Shown here: piece after piece, positions 10,395 through 20,077 of the stretch
Position numbering within the stretch: position 1 is the first letter of the stretch
How the letters are laid out: the number at the start of each line of letters is the position of its first letter
NCBI GenBank assembly: GCA_002269645.1
Contig: NIVC01000210.1
Coordinates: 1-64,000 of the forward strand
DNA: 64,000 nt
Source: Macrostomum lignano
Taxonomy: Eukaryota
Direction: 5' to 3'
Notes under the pieces: model-generated
Databases searched by the model: none
Told to the model about the DNA's origin: nothing
Seen by the model: only the letters and a program-made list of their open reading frames with translations
Made by a program: the position numbers and the translations under genes

Positions 10395-10662
10395 AGTAGT
10401 ATAGAAAAAGACGCTTCTAGATCAGACCTTATTTTAATGGCCGTTTGTAAGGTCTTAAGAGGGGGGACGCGAGGGGGGTGTTAGGGAGTGTTTGGAAGTG
10501 TTGGGAAGTGATTTTTATTGTTAGGGGTGATTATGGGTGATTAGATGTGTTAAGGGTGTTTAGATGTGTTTTTTTATTTACCCCCCGTGTCCCCCCTCTA
10601 GACCCTTAAAACGGTCATTAAAAAAGTGCTCTGGGTCTAGAAGCGTCTTTTTATATACTACT
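10395..10662. repeat. Polinton terminal region with an internal inverted copy of the terminus
   Basis: 10395 AGTAGTATAGAAAAGACGCTTCTAGA...GAGGGGGGACGCG versus reverse complement of the end AGTAGTATATAAAAAGACGCTTCTAGA...GAGGGGGGACACG. Confidence 0.85.
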
Positions 10663-12100
10663 ACGCTAGCAAAGTCGGATTGCAGCTTCGTAATCTCATG
10701 AGCTGCTGGCGCAGCCGCTGCCACCGCTGCCGCATCTTCATATTTGGCAGAGTCAGCAGCTGGCCTCAGCTTCTTTGAGGCCGCCACAGCAGCCTTACTA
10801 TCGCCGTATTCTTGAGCAGTTTTCAAAGCATCGGTATGAGCAGTTATATCGGCCTCTGAGAATTTCGGAGCTAACTCCGATTCAACAAGTTTACAAAGGT
10901 TTTCTAACTGCTGAAGCCGTTCGCCGTAAAACTCGTTCCAATCGGACAGAAGTTTTGCTTTCGTCTTCGCTAACCTTGCCGCCTTGCTTGCGGCTGCCTT
11001 CAGTGACTCAAGCTTGGCCTAACCAAAATGAAAGAGAAAATAGTTGTTGAAGTTTAGCTTCAGGACGTATCTATTCATGTGCAGAATGATTACGTAAATA
11101 ACTACCTATTTTTTAGCATATGTCAAACGTAGATTATATTCATCATTCGTCGGAAATTTACTACGAGAAATACAAAACTGATTGATTGTCGTTCCGCTAC
11201 GAAACGAGTAAAAACGGAGCAGAGGCTAAAGCCCACCCACCAAGCCACCAACATACGCACGCAGAGCCAAGCACCCCCTACCCAGCGCGGACAAGAGAGA
11301 GAGAGAACGTACGCAAAGCGACACAAGGCGTGGCAGAGGAGAGGGGTTTAAATTTGGATATTGACTAGTCAAGACCAATCACAAACCAACACATATATGT
11401 TTAAAGATCCTCGGCTAGCACCATTCTGACTAACATTTGTTTTAACGAAAGCTGCTTTCACATTGGAATTATACTTGGAGTACTGGAAAAAAAACAGCCA
11501 AACTTAATAATGTAAAACATGTTTCCAGATTAACTGGTTGTGAGGCACTGAGAAAATTTATTATTTATTATTCTTTGATTCTTTGATTCTTTTCTATGTC
11601 AGAATCAATTAAAATCACGCGAGACTATGCAGAATTTGAAATGTTGCGAAACAAGCTTTACCTGAAATTTACGTTGATCGTCGCTAAAATGTAAAGCGCA
11701 AAGATTCCGATCGCAGTGCTCGCAGAAGCCCATCGAAGGCTTCCCGCATGGTCTTTGAGCATCATTTTCCAAGGCTTCACATAGCAGTTTCTGTCTTTTT
11801 GTTTGACTTGTGACATCTTGTGGCGTAGCCTTAGCCACTTCAACCAGGGTGCGCAGATGGGAATTTTCAACCGGTCTTCGTCGCAAGTCCTCGAAGCACA
11901 GAGGGCATTTCGCACCACCGGATCCTGCCTCTTTTTTGACACTTTCGTAGCAGGCCAGGCACAGTGAATGGTGATTCGAGCACGCATAGTGTGGGTTATT
12001 AAAGTAATCGAGACACACCGGACAGGTAACATCGTTTATGTCGATTATAGAATTTCGTCTTCCAGCTAAAAGATACGAGCGTATAATGTATGATTATCAA

Positions 12101-12162
12101 GAGGTCACGCTTCACACACAGCTGCCATAGCGGTAAGGCAGTTGTGTGTGAAGCGTTACCTC
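12101..12162 (+). other. 26-bp-stem hairpin of pre-miRNA size within intron 1 of TRIM-like copy 1
   Basis: GAGGTCACGCTTCACACACAGCTGCC / 10-nt loop / GGCAGTTGTGTGTGAAGCGTTACCTC. Confidence 0.45.
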
Positions 12163-12459
12163 TCGATAGTGGAATTGTGTCTATTTTCGTCCAAAAACCA
12201 ATTCAAAACGGCTAGGACACAACTTCCCAGACGGGAATTGTTCACTAAGCGATTCTAGGGATTTGTGTCATAGGCATTTTCCACTTGGTGCAAGCCAAGT
12301 GATGGCCATAGACTAAACGTCTGGAACAAAAAGTTAAGCGGAACAGTCTGAAATTACCATAGACGAAACATGTTAAATGAAGTTGTGGTCTTATAAGCTG
12401 GAACTCTGCAGCAGAGGATAACATGTTCCTGTTTCCTCTGTTTGCCCTAACCTCTATTC

Positions 12460-12816
12460 ATGCGACTCATACGAATGATAAATTGGTCGAATTTGCCGAT
12501 TGAAAGCATTGACAGCTTGAATGGAAATGAGCTCAACTTTCTCAGCGACTTGAGTATGGGGGGACGTGACGAGGCGGATGACGAAGAGTTGATGGAGTTC
12601 ATCCGATTCATTGAATGCGATAACGATGATGCTCTGCCACCACTGCCAAGCAAAGAAGAGGCTTGCTCCGAGGATCCCATGCGGAACAAAACATGCAATT
12701 CGGCCGATGTGAGTGTAACGTCTAAAGACATTTCTTATATAAATAAGACATTTCTTATTATTTTACTTTTCTTACATGTATACAATCTGTTTATTCAGCT
12801 TTGTTGTATTGAATAA
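12460..12816 (+). CDS. Orphan acidic ORF or exon inside the intron, similar to ORF 61861-62106
   Basis: MINWSNLPIESIDSLNGNELNFLSD aligns with MLNYANLPDQLISGLSTEKLHWVSS; possible donor GTGAGT near 12710. Confidence 0.35.
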   Translation: MRLIRMINWSNLPIESIDSLNGNELNFLSDLSMGGRDEADDEELMEFIRFIECDNDDALPPLPSKEEACSEDPMRNKTCNSADVSVTSKDISYINKTFLIILLFLHVYNLFIQLCCIE

Positions 12817-13818
12817 AAAATATCCTCGCAAACGCATTGATACAGGAATATCAGATTGCTCATCTGCAAATGGGTATATCCAAATATAACCCGTTGGGAA
12901 TATTCAAAGATGGGGGCGGTTTGACCATAGACTATTCGCAGATAAGCAATCTGTTGTATTCCTGTTTCGATGCCTGAAAGGCGTGCAAAAATTTACTTAG
13001 TTCACAATTTCCGTCGACGCAATCGTTTGTGGCCCAAACGAAACTAGACACAATAAGACTGGCTAAAGTCAACTACAGCCAATAAATTTGCGTAAATTTT
13101 ATGATCACAAAATAATTACGCACAAAAACTGTGCGTAAAACTCAGTAACTTACCTCCGCTTGAAGAGCTCATTGCAGTGACAAGTTAGCTTATCGCGAGT
13201 TATCAGCTTTTGGGTAAAACACTCCGAAAAAACTTATTCGCCCACTGCGCCCACATTAAAGTATATACCGAAGTATCATGAAGTATATCCTTGGCCTATA
13301 TCCGACATTAAAACCTCGCGCAGCTCACAGCTCGCAAAAGCTCATACAAAATCTATTTTTAGCACAAGCAACTCCTCCCTTGGCAAGCAAAGCGAAACAT
13401 AGAATTCTGGCTTAATTTTAGCACAATCACATTGAAGCATCTTTCCAGTATTTTTTTGTATTATTTGCAGGCTCATTTTTGCTATAATTTCTTTTTGAGA
13501 AAGTCAACATTGAGTTGCTTTTTGGGTTTAGTCGACGAAATAATGAAGAGTAGCCATGCAGCATTCGCATTGATGCAAGTCAAACTGAAAATAAAAAGGG
13601 TCACTAGTACACCATTTTTCGTTCAATTCCAATCCAAGTCAGTAGTAGAGGATAACACAACTCTGCCGCAGGGAAAGCCATGGGAATTCCGTAGACTCCT
13701 ATGAGAGTACATAGGCGCATGTGTTTACATAGGAGATATTTGTATATAAGCCACAAAATTGTTCTCATAAAAAAGAATTTTTTAAAATTCTCGCTCCGTT
13801 ACATCGTAATAACTAATA

Positions 13819-14583
13819 ATGGTCGATATTGGAGAAGGCTATAAACTCCAAGTGCAAGAGTACGAAGGAGTACAGTTTATTGCGATTCGGAAATTTTATC
13901 GACATGGCAGCACAGCAAGTTTGAAACCTGGCGTTCCCGGATTTAACCTCAACATCCGACAATGGGAGAAGTTGAAAGAACTGAAGCGAACTCTCGTGAA
14001 GGCGGCCCTGGGCGAGCAACAGAGGGTCATCAAACTCGGTTTTGATAAGTTCGTTGAGGTAAAGAACGGCATCATCTGGCTAAGACGGCTTCCGGAAGAT
14101 TGTTGCGAAGAATTTTTGAAGCGAAACACTGTGGCGTTGGCACCAGCTCTGTGGCGGAAACTGTGGGAGCAGGCTGCATGGATCGACGAGCAGCTATCTG
14201 CCCCACTCCAAATGTCCGATGTGTATGAGCTGGAGTCGGGATCTTCCTCCGACAACATCGAAAATGAAGACGCGGAAGAGACCAAGCCGGTAGTGAAGAT
14301 GGAGGACTTGGAGGATGCTGCGCCTGCTGCTGCTGGCGATGTGGCTGGCATGCCATCCAATCTGCAAATCGACACAGCGTTTGCCACTTCAACGCCTCTG
14401 CAACTGAGCAAGCCTGCAGCTGGAGCGATTCCTCGGCAGGACACTGATCTGCAAGAGGACCCAGTCTGGTACCAGTTCCGAGCTCAAGCAGCCGCCGCTG
14501 AGAACGCCAGGAAACGCGAGCAGCCACCGTTCGCTCTGCGCAGATTGGTTGCCATGAAGCTGCCCAGGCCGTGCTTCGACTGA
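13819..14583 (+). CDS. Tandem PC4-like ssDNA-binding domain protein with low-complexity tail
   Basis: IGEGYKLQVQEYEGVQFIAIRKFY...PGVPGFNLNIRQWEKL fits the PC4 pattern; a second degenerate copy LGFDKFVEVKNG...LAPALWRKL follows. Confidence 0.75.
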   Translation: MVDIGEGYKLQVQEYEGVQFIAIRKFYRHGSTASLKPGVPGFNLNIRQWEKLKELKRTLVKAALGEQQRVIKLGFDKFVEVKNGIIWLRRLPEDCCEEFLKRNTVALAPALWRKLWEQAAWIDEQLSAPLQMSDVYELESGSSSDNIENEDAEETKPVVKMEDLEDAAPAAAGDVAGMPSNLQIDTAFATSTPLQLSKPAAGAIPRQDTDLQEDPVWYQFRAQAAAAENARKREQPPFALRRLVAMKLPRPCFD

Positions 14584-14743
14584 TTGCTGACCCTCTGACA
14601 TTGAGACAAACTCTGTGCTTTTTTTATCCAGACCTGCTTTCCATCTCTTTGTTTGAAAAAAATGCTTGTTTTCACATGCGCTATGCAATTTTCAATGTCT
14701 TAAGAAAAAACGAAAAATAAAATATGTTTCTTTGTTTCTGAAA

Positions 14744-15811
14744 ATGGAAAAAATTCATTTCAACCCAAATCAGCCTGCGAGCTGTTGCAGTTTTTCAAAA
14801 CTGCAACATGAACTGCGAAAAAGAGGCGAGCATATTGGAGTCAAGAGCATTGAGCAGTGTCTAAGTCAGCAGCCAGTACACACTCTGCATAAGCCAGCTA
14901 GAGTACGATTTCCAAGGGCGCCAATAATAGTGAGGGCCATTGATGATCAGTGGGAGATGGATGTGGTGAAAATGATTCCGTTTGCAAAGTATAATCGCGG
15001 GCATAAATACATTCTCACCTGCATTGATGTTTTATCTAAATTTGCAATGGCCCGAGCACTGAAGTCTAAAAGCGCGGCAGAAGTGAAATCTGCGTTTGAG
15101 AGCATGCTGAAGAGCTCAAAGCGGCAGCCGCGCACTGTCCGCACAGATCAGGGAAAGGAGTTTGTCAACGCAATTTTTCGCCAGTTCTGCATAGACCGGG
15201 GGATTCTGGCGTTTTCAACTAGCAGTGAGCACAAAGCAGCCATCATTTAAAGATGGAATCGAACTTTAAAAAGCAAGATGTGGCGTTACTTTACTCACAA
15301 CAGCACTCTACAATGGCTTGAAGTGCTGCCTAAACTGGTCAAGTCCTATAACAATACTTTCCACAGAAGCATCAAGACTACATCAATGAATGTCAGCAAA
15401 GCAAACGAGACTGAAGTGTGGATGAACCTTTATGATGGGAAAGCGATTGAGACAGTTGAGAAACTGAGAAAACCGAAGTTCTGTGAAAACCAATCAGTGC
15501 AGATTTCCAATGCACCCAGACTCTTCAGGAAGGGATACAAGGCGAACTGGAGCGAGGAGGTGTACACCATAGTGTTTAGGGCACCAAAGCATTATCCCTA
15601 CATGTACAGGATTCGAGACATGAAGGGGGAAGACATTAGAGGCCTCTTCCACGAGCATGAGCTGCAAGTTGTTCCGGACTCGCAGCGGCTGTATGTAATC
15701 GAGAAGGTTCTGAAGACTGAGAAGCGGAAGGGTAAGATCCGATATCTCGTCAAGTGGGCCGGCCACAAGTCCACTGACTGGGTGGATGAGAAGGACTTGA
15801 GAAAAGTGTAA
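14744..15811 (+). pseudogene. Polinton-type retroviral-like integrase with C-terminal chromodomain; one in-frame stop
   Basis: HTLHKP, DQWEMD, TDQGKEF, AII*RWNRTL (TAA at 15248-15250), KGYKANWSEE and chromodomain IEKVLK...YLVKWAG...WV. Confidence 0.93.
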
Positions 15812-15841
15812 GATACCGACATTGTGCAGCTATTCCCAACT

Positions 15842-16216
15842 ATGAGAAGCATAATCATTTGTAGCGAAAATGCTGAAGGTACTCCTAGTGACATTCATTT
15901 TCAACTGCCTTCACCTATTTACTTAGATCGAAATGTGGACTATGAGGCAGGTCTGGCTGAAATCCATCTGCCTGCTGCATGGTTCAATGTTGACGAGCCT
16001 TACTGCTTCACTGTCTCAGATGGAAGAGAGCATGAGACCCTGGTTCTTCAACCCGGACGCTTTGCTAGAGTGGAGGAACTGGTTGAGTGTGTTAATAAAA
16101 ACATAGCCGCTATGTTTTCAGCTTTGCTATGTTTACAGTCAGCCACCCAATGTCCAATGGTTTCATCAGCGCTTCCAGGTATTGAGCCCTTGTTGAATTC
16201 CCGCACGCTCCGCTAA
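15842..16216 (+). pseudogene. Truncated Polinton minor capsid (penton-like) protein N-terminus
   Basis: SDIHFQLPSPIYL...YEAGLAEIHLPAAWFNV matches the N-terminal pattern of Polinton minor capsid proteins; the ORF ends after about 125 aa. Confidence 0.7.
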
Positions 16217-16957
16217 ATTCTTTTGAATACGCCGCCAACTTTACCCCGCCCAGTCGAGGGTGGCAATAAAACTGATAACTGCTGAGCACTCTCTCCTTTC
16301 AGCAACAAAGCCACCGCCGCCAGCTCCCAGACAGCGGGAGAGAGAGGCTTGGCTACCACTATTTTTGTTTACAGAAATTTGTTATTACCGATAAAATTAT
16401 ATAATAAAGTATTAGTATAATACTGAATACAATAAAATATCGCTGATATTTGCCAATCGTTCAACACAATTTCTACAGATTCCCCTAGCTCGCCTCTGTG
16501 CATACTTGCGGATTCCCCCATGAGGCGCCTATGTACTCTCATTAGGAGTCTACGGAATTCCCATGGCTTTGCCTGCGGCAGAGTTGAGCTATGCAAACAC
16601 ATAGGCGCCTTCTGATCCGGGCCCACGGAATTTCCGTGGCTTTCCCTGCGGCAGAGTTGTGTTATCCTCTATTACTCAAGTCATATTCTCAATTTATAAA
16701 AAACAGACATTTAGTTTCGCAGTTCTGTATTAATCTTACCAAACCAACATTCATACTAGATGAACCGAAACTCAGTTTAAAAAAATCGTTTAAACTTAGA
16801 CACTCAACGAAAGTGGTTTAATTATGTCCATGGAAGGGCTTGATGATTCATGAATTTCTTCCATCGATTTGCCGGGTTTATATTCGAATAAGAAAAGTAA
16901 CATTACATTTTGACTATGGAATAAAAACTGTTTCCTAAAACTCTGTTTTTTAACTTC

Positions 16958-17739
16958 TGTTGTGCCGTAGTGTACTTTAATCGCTGCCTAGCGATCTCAG
17001 GCTTGCAGTTGATTGGCGCACTGGGGCACTGCACTTTCCCCTCCTCAGTTGTTTATGCACCACCCACCCCAGTCTGTCTGAGCCAGCCGGCTTTGGCTGG
17101 CTGCGCCACCCCTCTCAGCGCGTTCCCCCCCCCAAGTTTTCCGTCTCTTGCGCAGCTGCTGATTGGTACGGGTCGCCTCTCTCACGCGCCGGCCAATCAG
17201 CAGCTTTCTCGCTGTAATGTGCTAAGCTGGTTGTGTGGCTGGTCGGGTGGGCGCGGGGGGCGATACCCCGCGGCCTAGCCGGCCAATCCAAATATATATT
17301 TAGCGCGGTGTAGCGGCGGTGAGGGACCAACTGTGGCTGCTACCTTCCAACTCAACTCAGCTCTGAGATTCCACTACCCATATCGATTAGAACCGAAACG
17401 CCCCTACGGGTACACAACGTCTGAGAATCCGCGCTACCGGCTAGTCCTTCGCCGCCGCTCCCGCCGTGTTCGTTCCTCAGTAAGAACTTGAGTCTCGTTG
17501 TGTTATTCATTGTTCGGTACGGGACATACTGTATCGGGTACTACCGCAGGGACGAGCTGCTGGCTAGGAACGAGAAGCAATAGTACGCACCGCCCGACAC
17601 CGGCAGCTCGGTCAGAGTGTCGGACGCCATCACTGGCTCGCCACCCTGAAGGGGTACTTGTACTCTGGTATTAGTCTTAGGAGGCCGTAGCTGCTCGAGG
17701 ATCACGAGCCGCCCCCCGGAGATTTCGCATTTCACAACA
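16958..17739. mobile_element. Solo LTR (782 bp), probably Ty3/Gypsy
   Basis: TGTTGTG...CACAACA termini, 4-bp TSD CTTC on both sides, internal CCAAT/ATTGG boxes and a TATA-like run. Confidence 0.8.
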
Positions 17740-18454
17740 CTTCGGTGTTCAGTGTACAGTGTAATAAACTGATATAGTATTGCTAAGCGTTATTGTAATG
17801 ATTGCGAATAGTCTATGTGTCAACCTGCAAACCTGCAGCTTCACCCCCGCGTCTCTGCTTGTCCTCTGTTTGTTATCACCACTGGAGCCCATCTAAAATT
17901 CGTTAGGCCCGAAGCTCTCGACTTCCTAGTAAATGCGAGCCTAAATGCGAGCCTAAGTGCGAGCCTAAAAGTCAATCCAGCGTCTCGTCATAAACTAAAC
18001 AGTGCGTTTAAATTCGAATTAACTTATTGAAGAGTTGAAGGCTACTCATTAAGTTCATGCATTATAAAAACTCCATCCGTTGCGCAAATCAGCCGAGCTG
18101 ATTAGAAATCCCTTACAAGTTCTGTATTATATAATGTAATAAAGAAAAATAATATAGTATAATATAATAGTGATTCGAGTTACTTTTCAAAATGTGATGT
18201 AAATCTTAGGCAGATAAGATTGTTTTTAAGCATTAGAATTTACCTCCGTGATACGAGCGTTTTTGCGATGGATACACGCGTACACAATAAAGAAAGTTTA
18301 AGTTTTTTTGAGGCTTTGTGTTTGTCTTCAAGCCGAAAATATTGTGCTACTTCAAATAAAAAAGCTCCTTGCGACAAGTAAATGTGAAAAACTGTCTGAT
18401 AAGAATTTTTAGTTAATATGTATTACCGAGATTTTGGGCGAGTAGTACATAAGT

Positions 18455-18985
18455 GTAAGCATAAGAACTATACACCTATGAAAACGAACACGACAAGTAA
18501 AGTTTGTATGAATGTCTCCCGAACAGCTATCCAAGGTCAAGCGCACATTCACCACTGATGTCCTTCGTGACGTCAGATACATGGAAGAACTATGTTGTGT
18601 GTCACGGCTAATAAGCTACTCATTTGACCGTCCCTATACTATTCATCAAAATAGAATTCCAAGAAATGTTATATACTCGTACCGGTTATTGCTGTAGATT
18701 TTTTCAAGCTATTTCGAGGAGAAAAGTCCGACAACTTTAGTCATAAAATAGAATGCTATTCTATTCAGAGTAAAAAGTAACCATTTGTGTTGTTTTTGTT
18801 TTGTTTTGTCATTTTTAAACTACCTTAACCAGTAAACCAAGTAAACTAGTAACTATAGTAAACCAGTATCCTAGTAAGCGAAAAAGCACAATTTCTTGAG
18901 TTGTCAAGCAGAAGCTTATTTTTTTGTGTCACCATATATAGTGCACTTCAATCGCAGTGTAATAATATAATAACATAGTCGCCAA
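18455..18985 (+). repeat. Diverged dispersed repeat or segmental copy of 27130-27650
   Basis: Shared colinear blocks such as ACCTATGAAAACG, GTCCTTCGTGA, GGCTAATAAGCTAC and CACAATTTCTTGAGTTGTCAAGCAG. Confidence 0.75.
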
Positions 18986-20077
18986 ATTAATTCTCTCCCC
19001 AAAGGGGTTGGAGCACCCCCTGGCACCATTCTGCTTACGCCACTGGCATGCAGACCTGATAGTACCGTCTATAGGTCCCGAAAAATAGCAGATGTCCTTG
19101 CAAGCTTTCAAGTCCAGCTAGACCGCGCTGGCTGATCTGCCTTGGATTTTTATTTAGTCACGTTTTATCTTGTCTTATATAGCTAATTAATTAGGTATTC
19201 TCTCATTCTTACGATCCAATTGTAGTCACCACGTAGATAGTAATATTCACAGGATGGAGGAATAGGAAAAATTTAACGAAAAAAAGTTCGGCGACATCAT
19301 CCCACAACCAGCGCTGACTCCTGAGTACATAGAGGCACACCAATACTGTACGTAGGCACGCACTGATACAGACGCTAACACAGGGTGTACAGCGGCCCTG
19401 ACTTTCTGATCATCAGGCAGGTACACTCTCTGGTGGTGCCTTTTGAGTTGGCCCTCATGGACTAGCCAATTTTCGTGCACAAGCTCAAAATTAATGTGGC
19501 GCACTCCGTACGCTCGTAGTCTAATTTTGTCACGCGAGGTTTGTAATACGAGCGTATTCGGTTTTTTGATGGCCTCTGACGTAGAGGTTGCGATGACATA
19601 ACCATTTTGAGTTTTCCAAAAGTTGGATTAGGTTGAGTCTCACGTGATTTTACGGAGTGCCAGATTGCATCGCTCCTCATATTGGCCTTATTTGCCTGCC
19701 TATTCGATGCACTTTTGGCCGCGAAGAGAACGGGGGTAGGAATCTCTCCATACCGACTTTCTGTTCATTAAACTTGGATTGAAAGGCATTGAGATATACA
19801 AGCACGCAAAGCATCCAATATTTAGATGAAGCTTATTACTTTGAACCTAATGCCAATTTGCTTTATGTCTGCTTTGTTTCGAACGTCACGTCACTAGTGT
19901 TCATCGACAAGCGTCTCCCGAACAAATGAAATGTGTTCTCCGCTGATTGGTCAGTGTTCGACTTCAGAAGTATAGTTTTTTCCTACATGTCTCATTCTAT
20001 AAAGATTCTAGGCATGAAATTCTGCAATATTTAAGCTGACTTTGCTAATTAGCTAAGTTTTATTCGGAAAAAATAAC

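Larger units (their letters stand above)
1..10662. mobile_element. Polinton/Maverick (adintovirus-like) element, right-hand portion; left end lies outside the window
   Basis: AT-rich, intronless, gene-dense block with pPolB, adenain-like protease and virion-type genes. Ends ...TATATACTACT at 10662, immediately followed by host exon sequence (ACGCTAGCAAA...) that matches the paralog near 23718. Confidence 0.93.
10578..13172 (-). pseudogene. TRIM-like RING/B-box/coiled-coil gene copy 1, interrupted in exon 3 by the Polinton
   Basis: Exons 13154-13172, 11662-12065 and 10663-11018 with GT-AG sites. Exon 1 (19 nt) and exon 2 (404 nt) have the same lengths as in copy 2. The frame stays open into the Polinton end and stops at 10578. 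Confidence 0.85.
13641..16676 (+). mobile_element. Complete non-autonomous mini-Polinton, 3036 bp
   Basis: Starts AGTAGTAGAGGATAACACAACTCTGCCGCAGGGAAAGCCA and ends ...GTGTTATCCTCTATTACT; 6-bp TSD CAAGTC at 13635-13640 and 16677-16682; carries a Polinton-type integrase and a minor-capsid fragment. Confidence 0.95.

Noticed and set aside
10395-10662. Independent 270-bp MITE inserted at the Polinton/host junction
   Set aside because: The 6 bp before 10395 do not match ACGCTA after 10662, so there is no TSD; treated as part of the Polinton end.
13896-14688. Several minus-strand ORFs of 60-180 aa overlapping the PC4 gene
   Set aside because: Antisense shadows of a GC-rich coding sequence; the same applies to shadows over the secreted genes, TRIM-like exons and Gypsy pol.
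13641-16676. Idea that this is the missing integrase/capsid half of the large Polinton
   Set aside because: It has its own two termini and TSD, a different TIR sequence and clearly higher GC; the large element already ends at 10662.
16970-17735. ORFs within the solo LTR
   Set aside because: Short, low-complexity, no motifs; expected by chance in a GC-rich LTR.
19247-19680. Minus-strand ORFs in a moderately GC-rich patch
   Set aside because: No recognisable motif or splice structure; insufficient support for a call.
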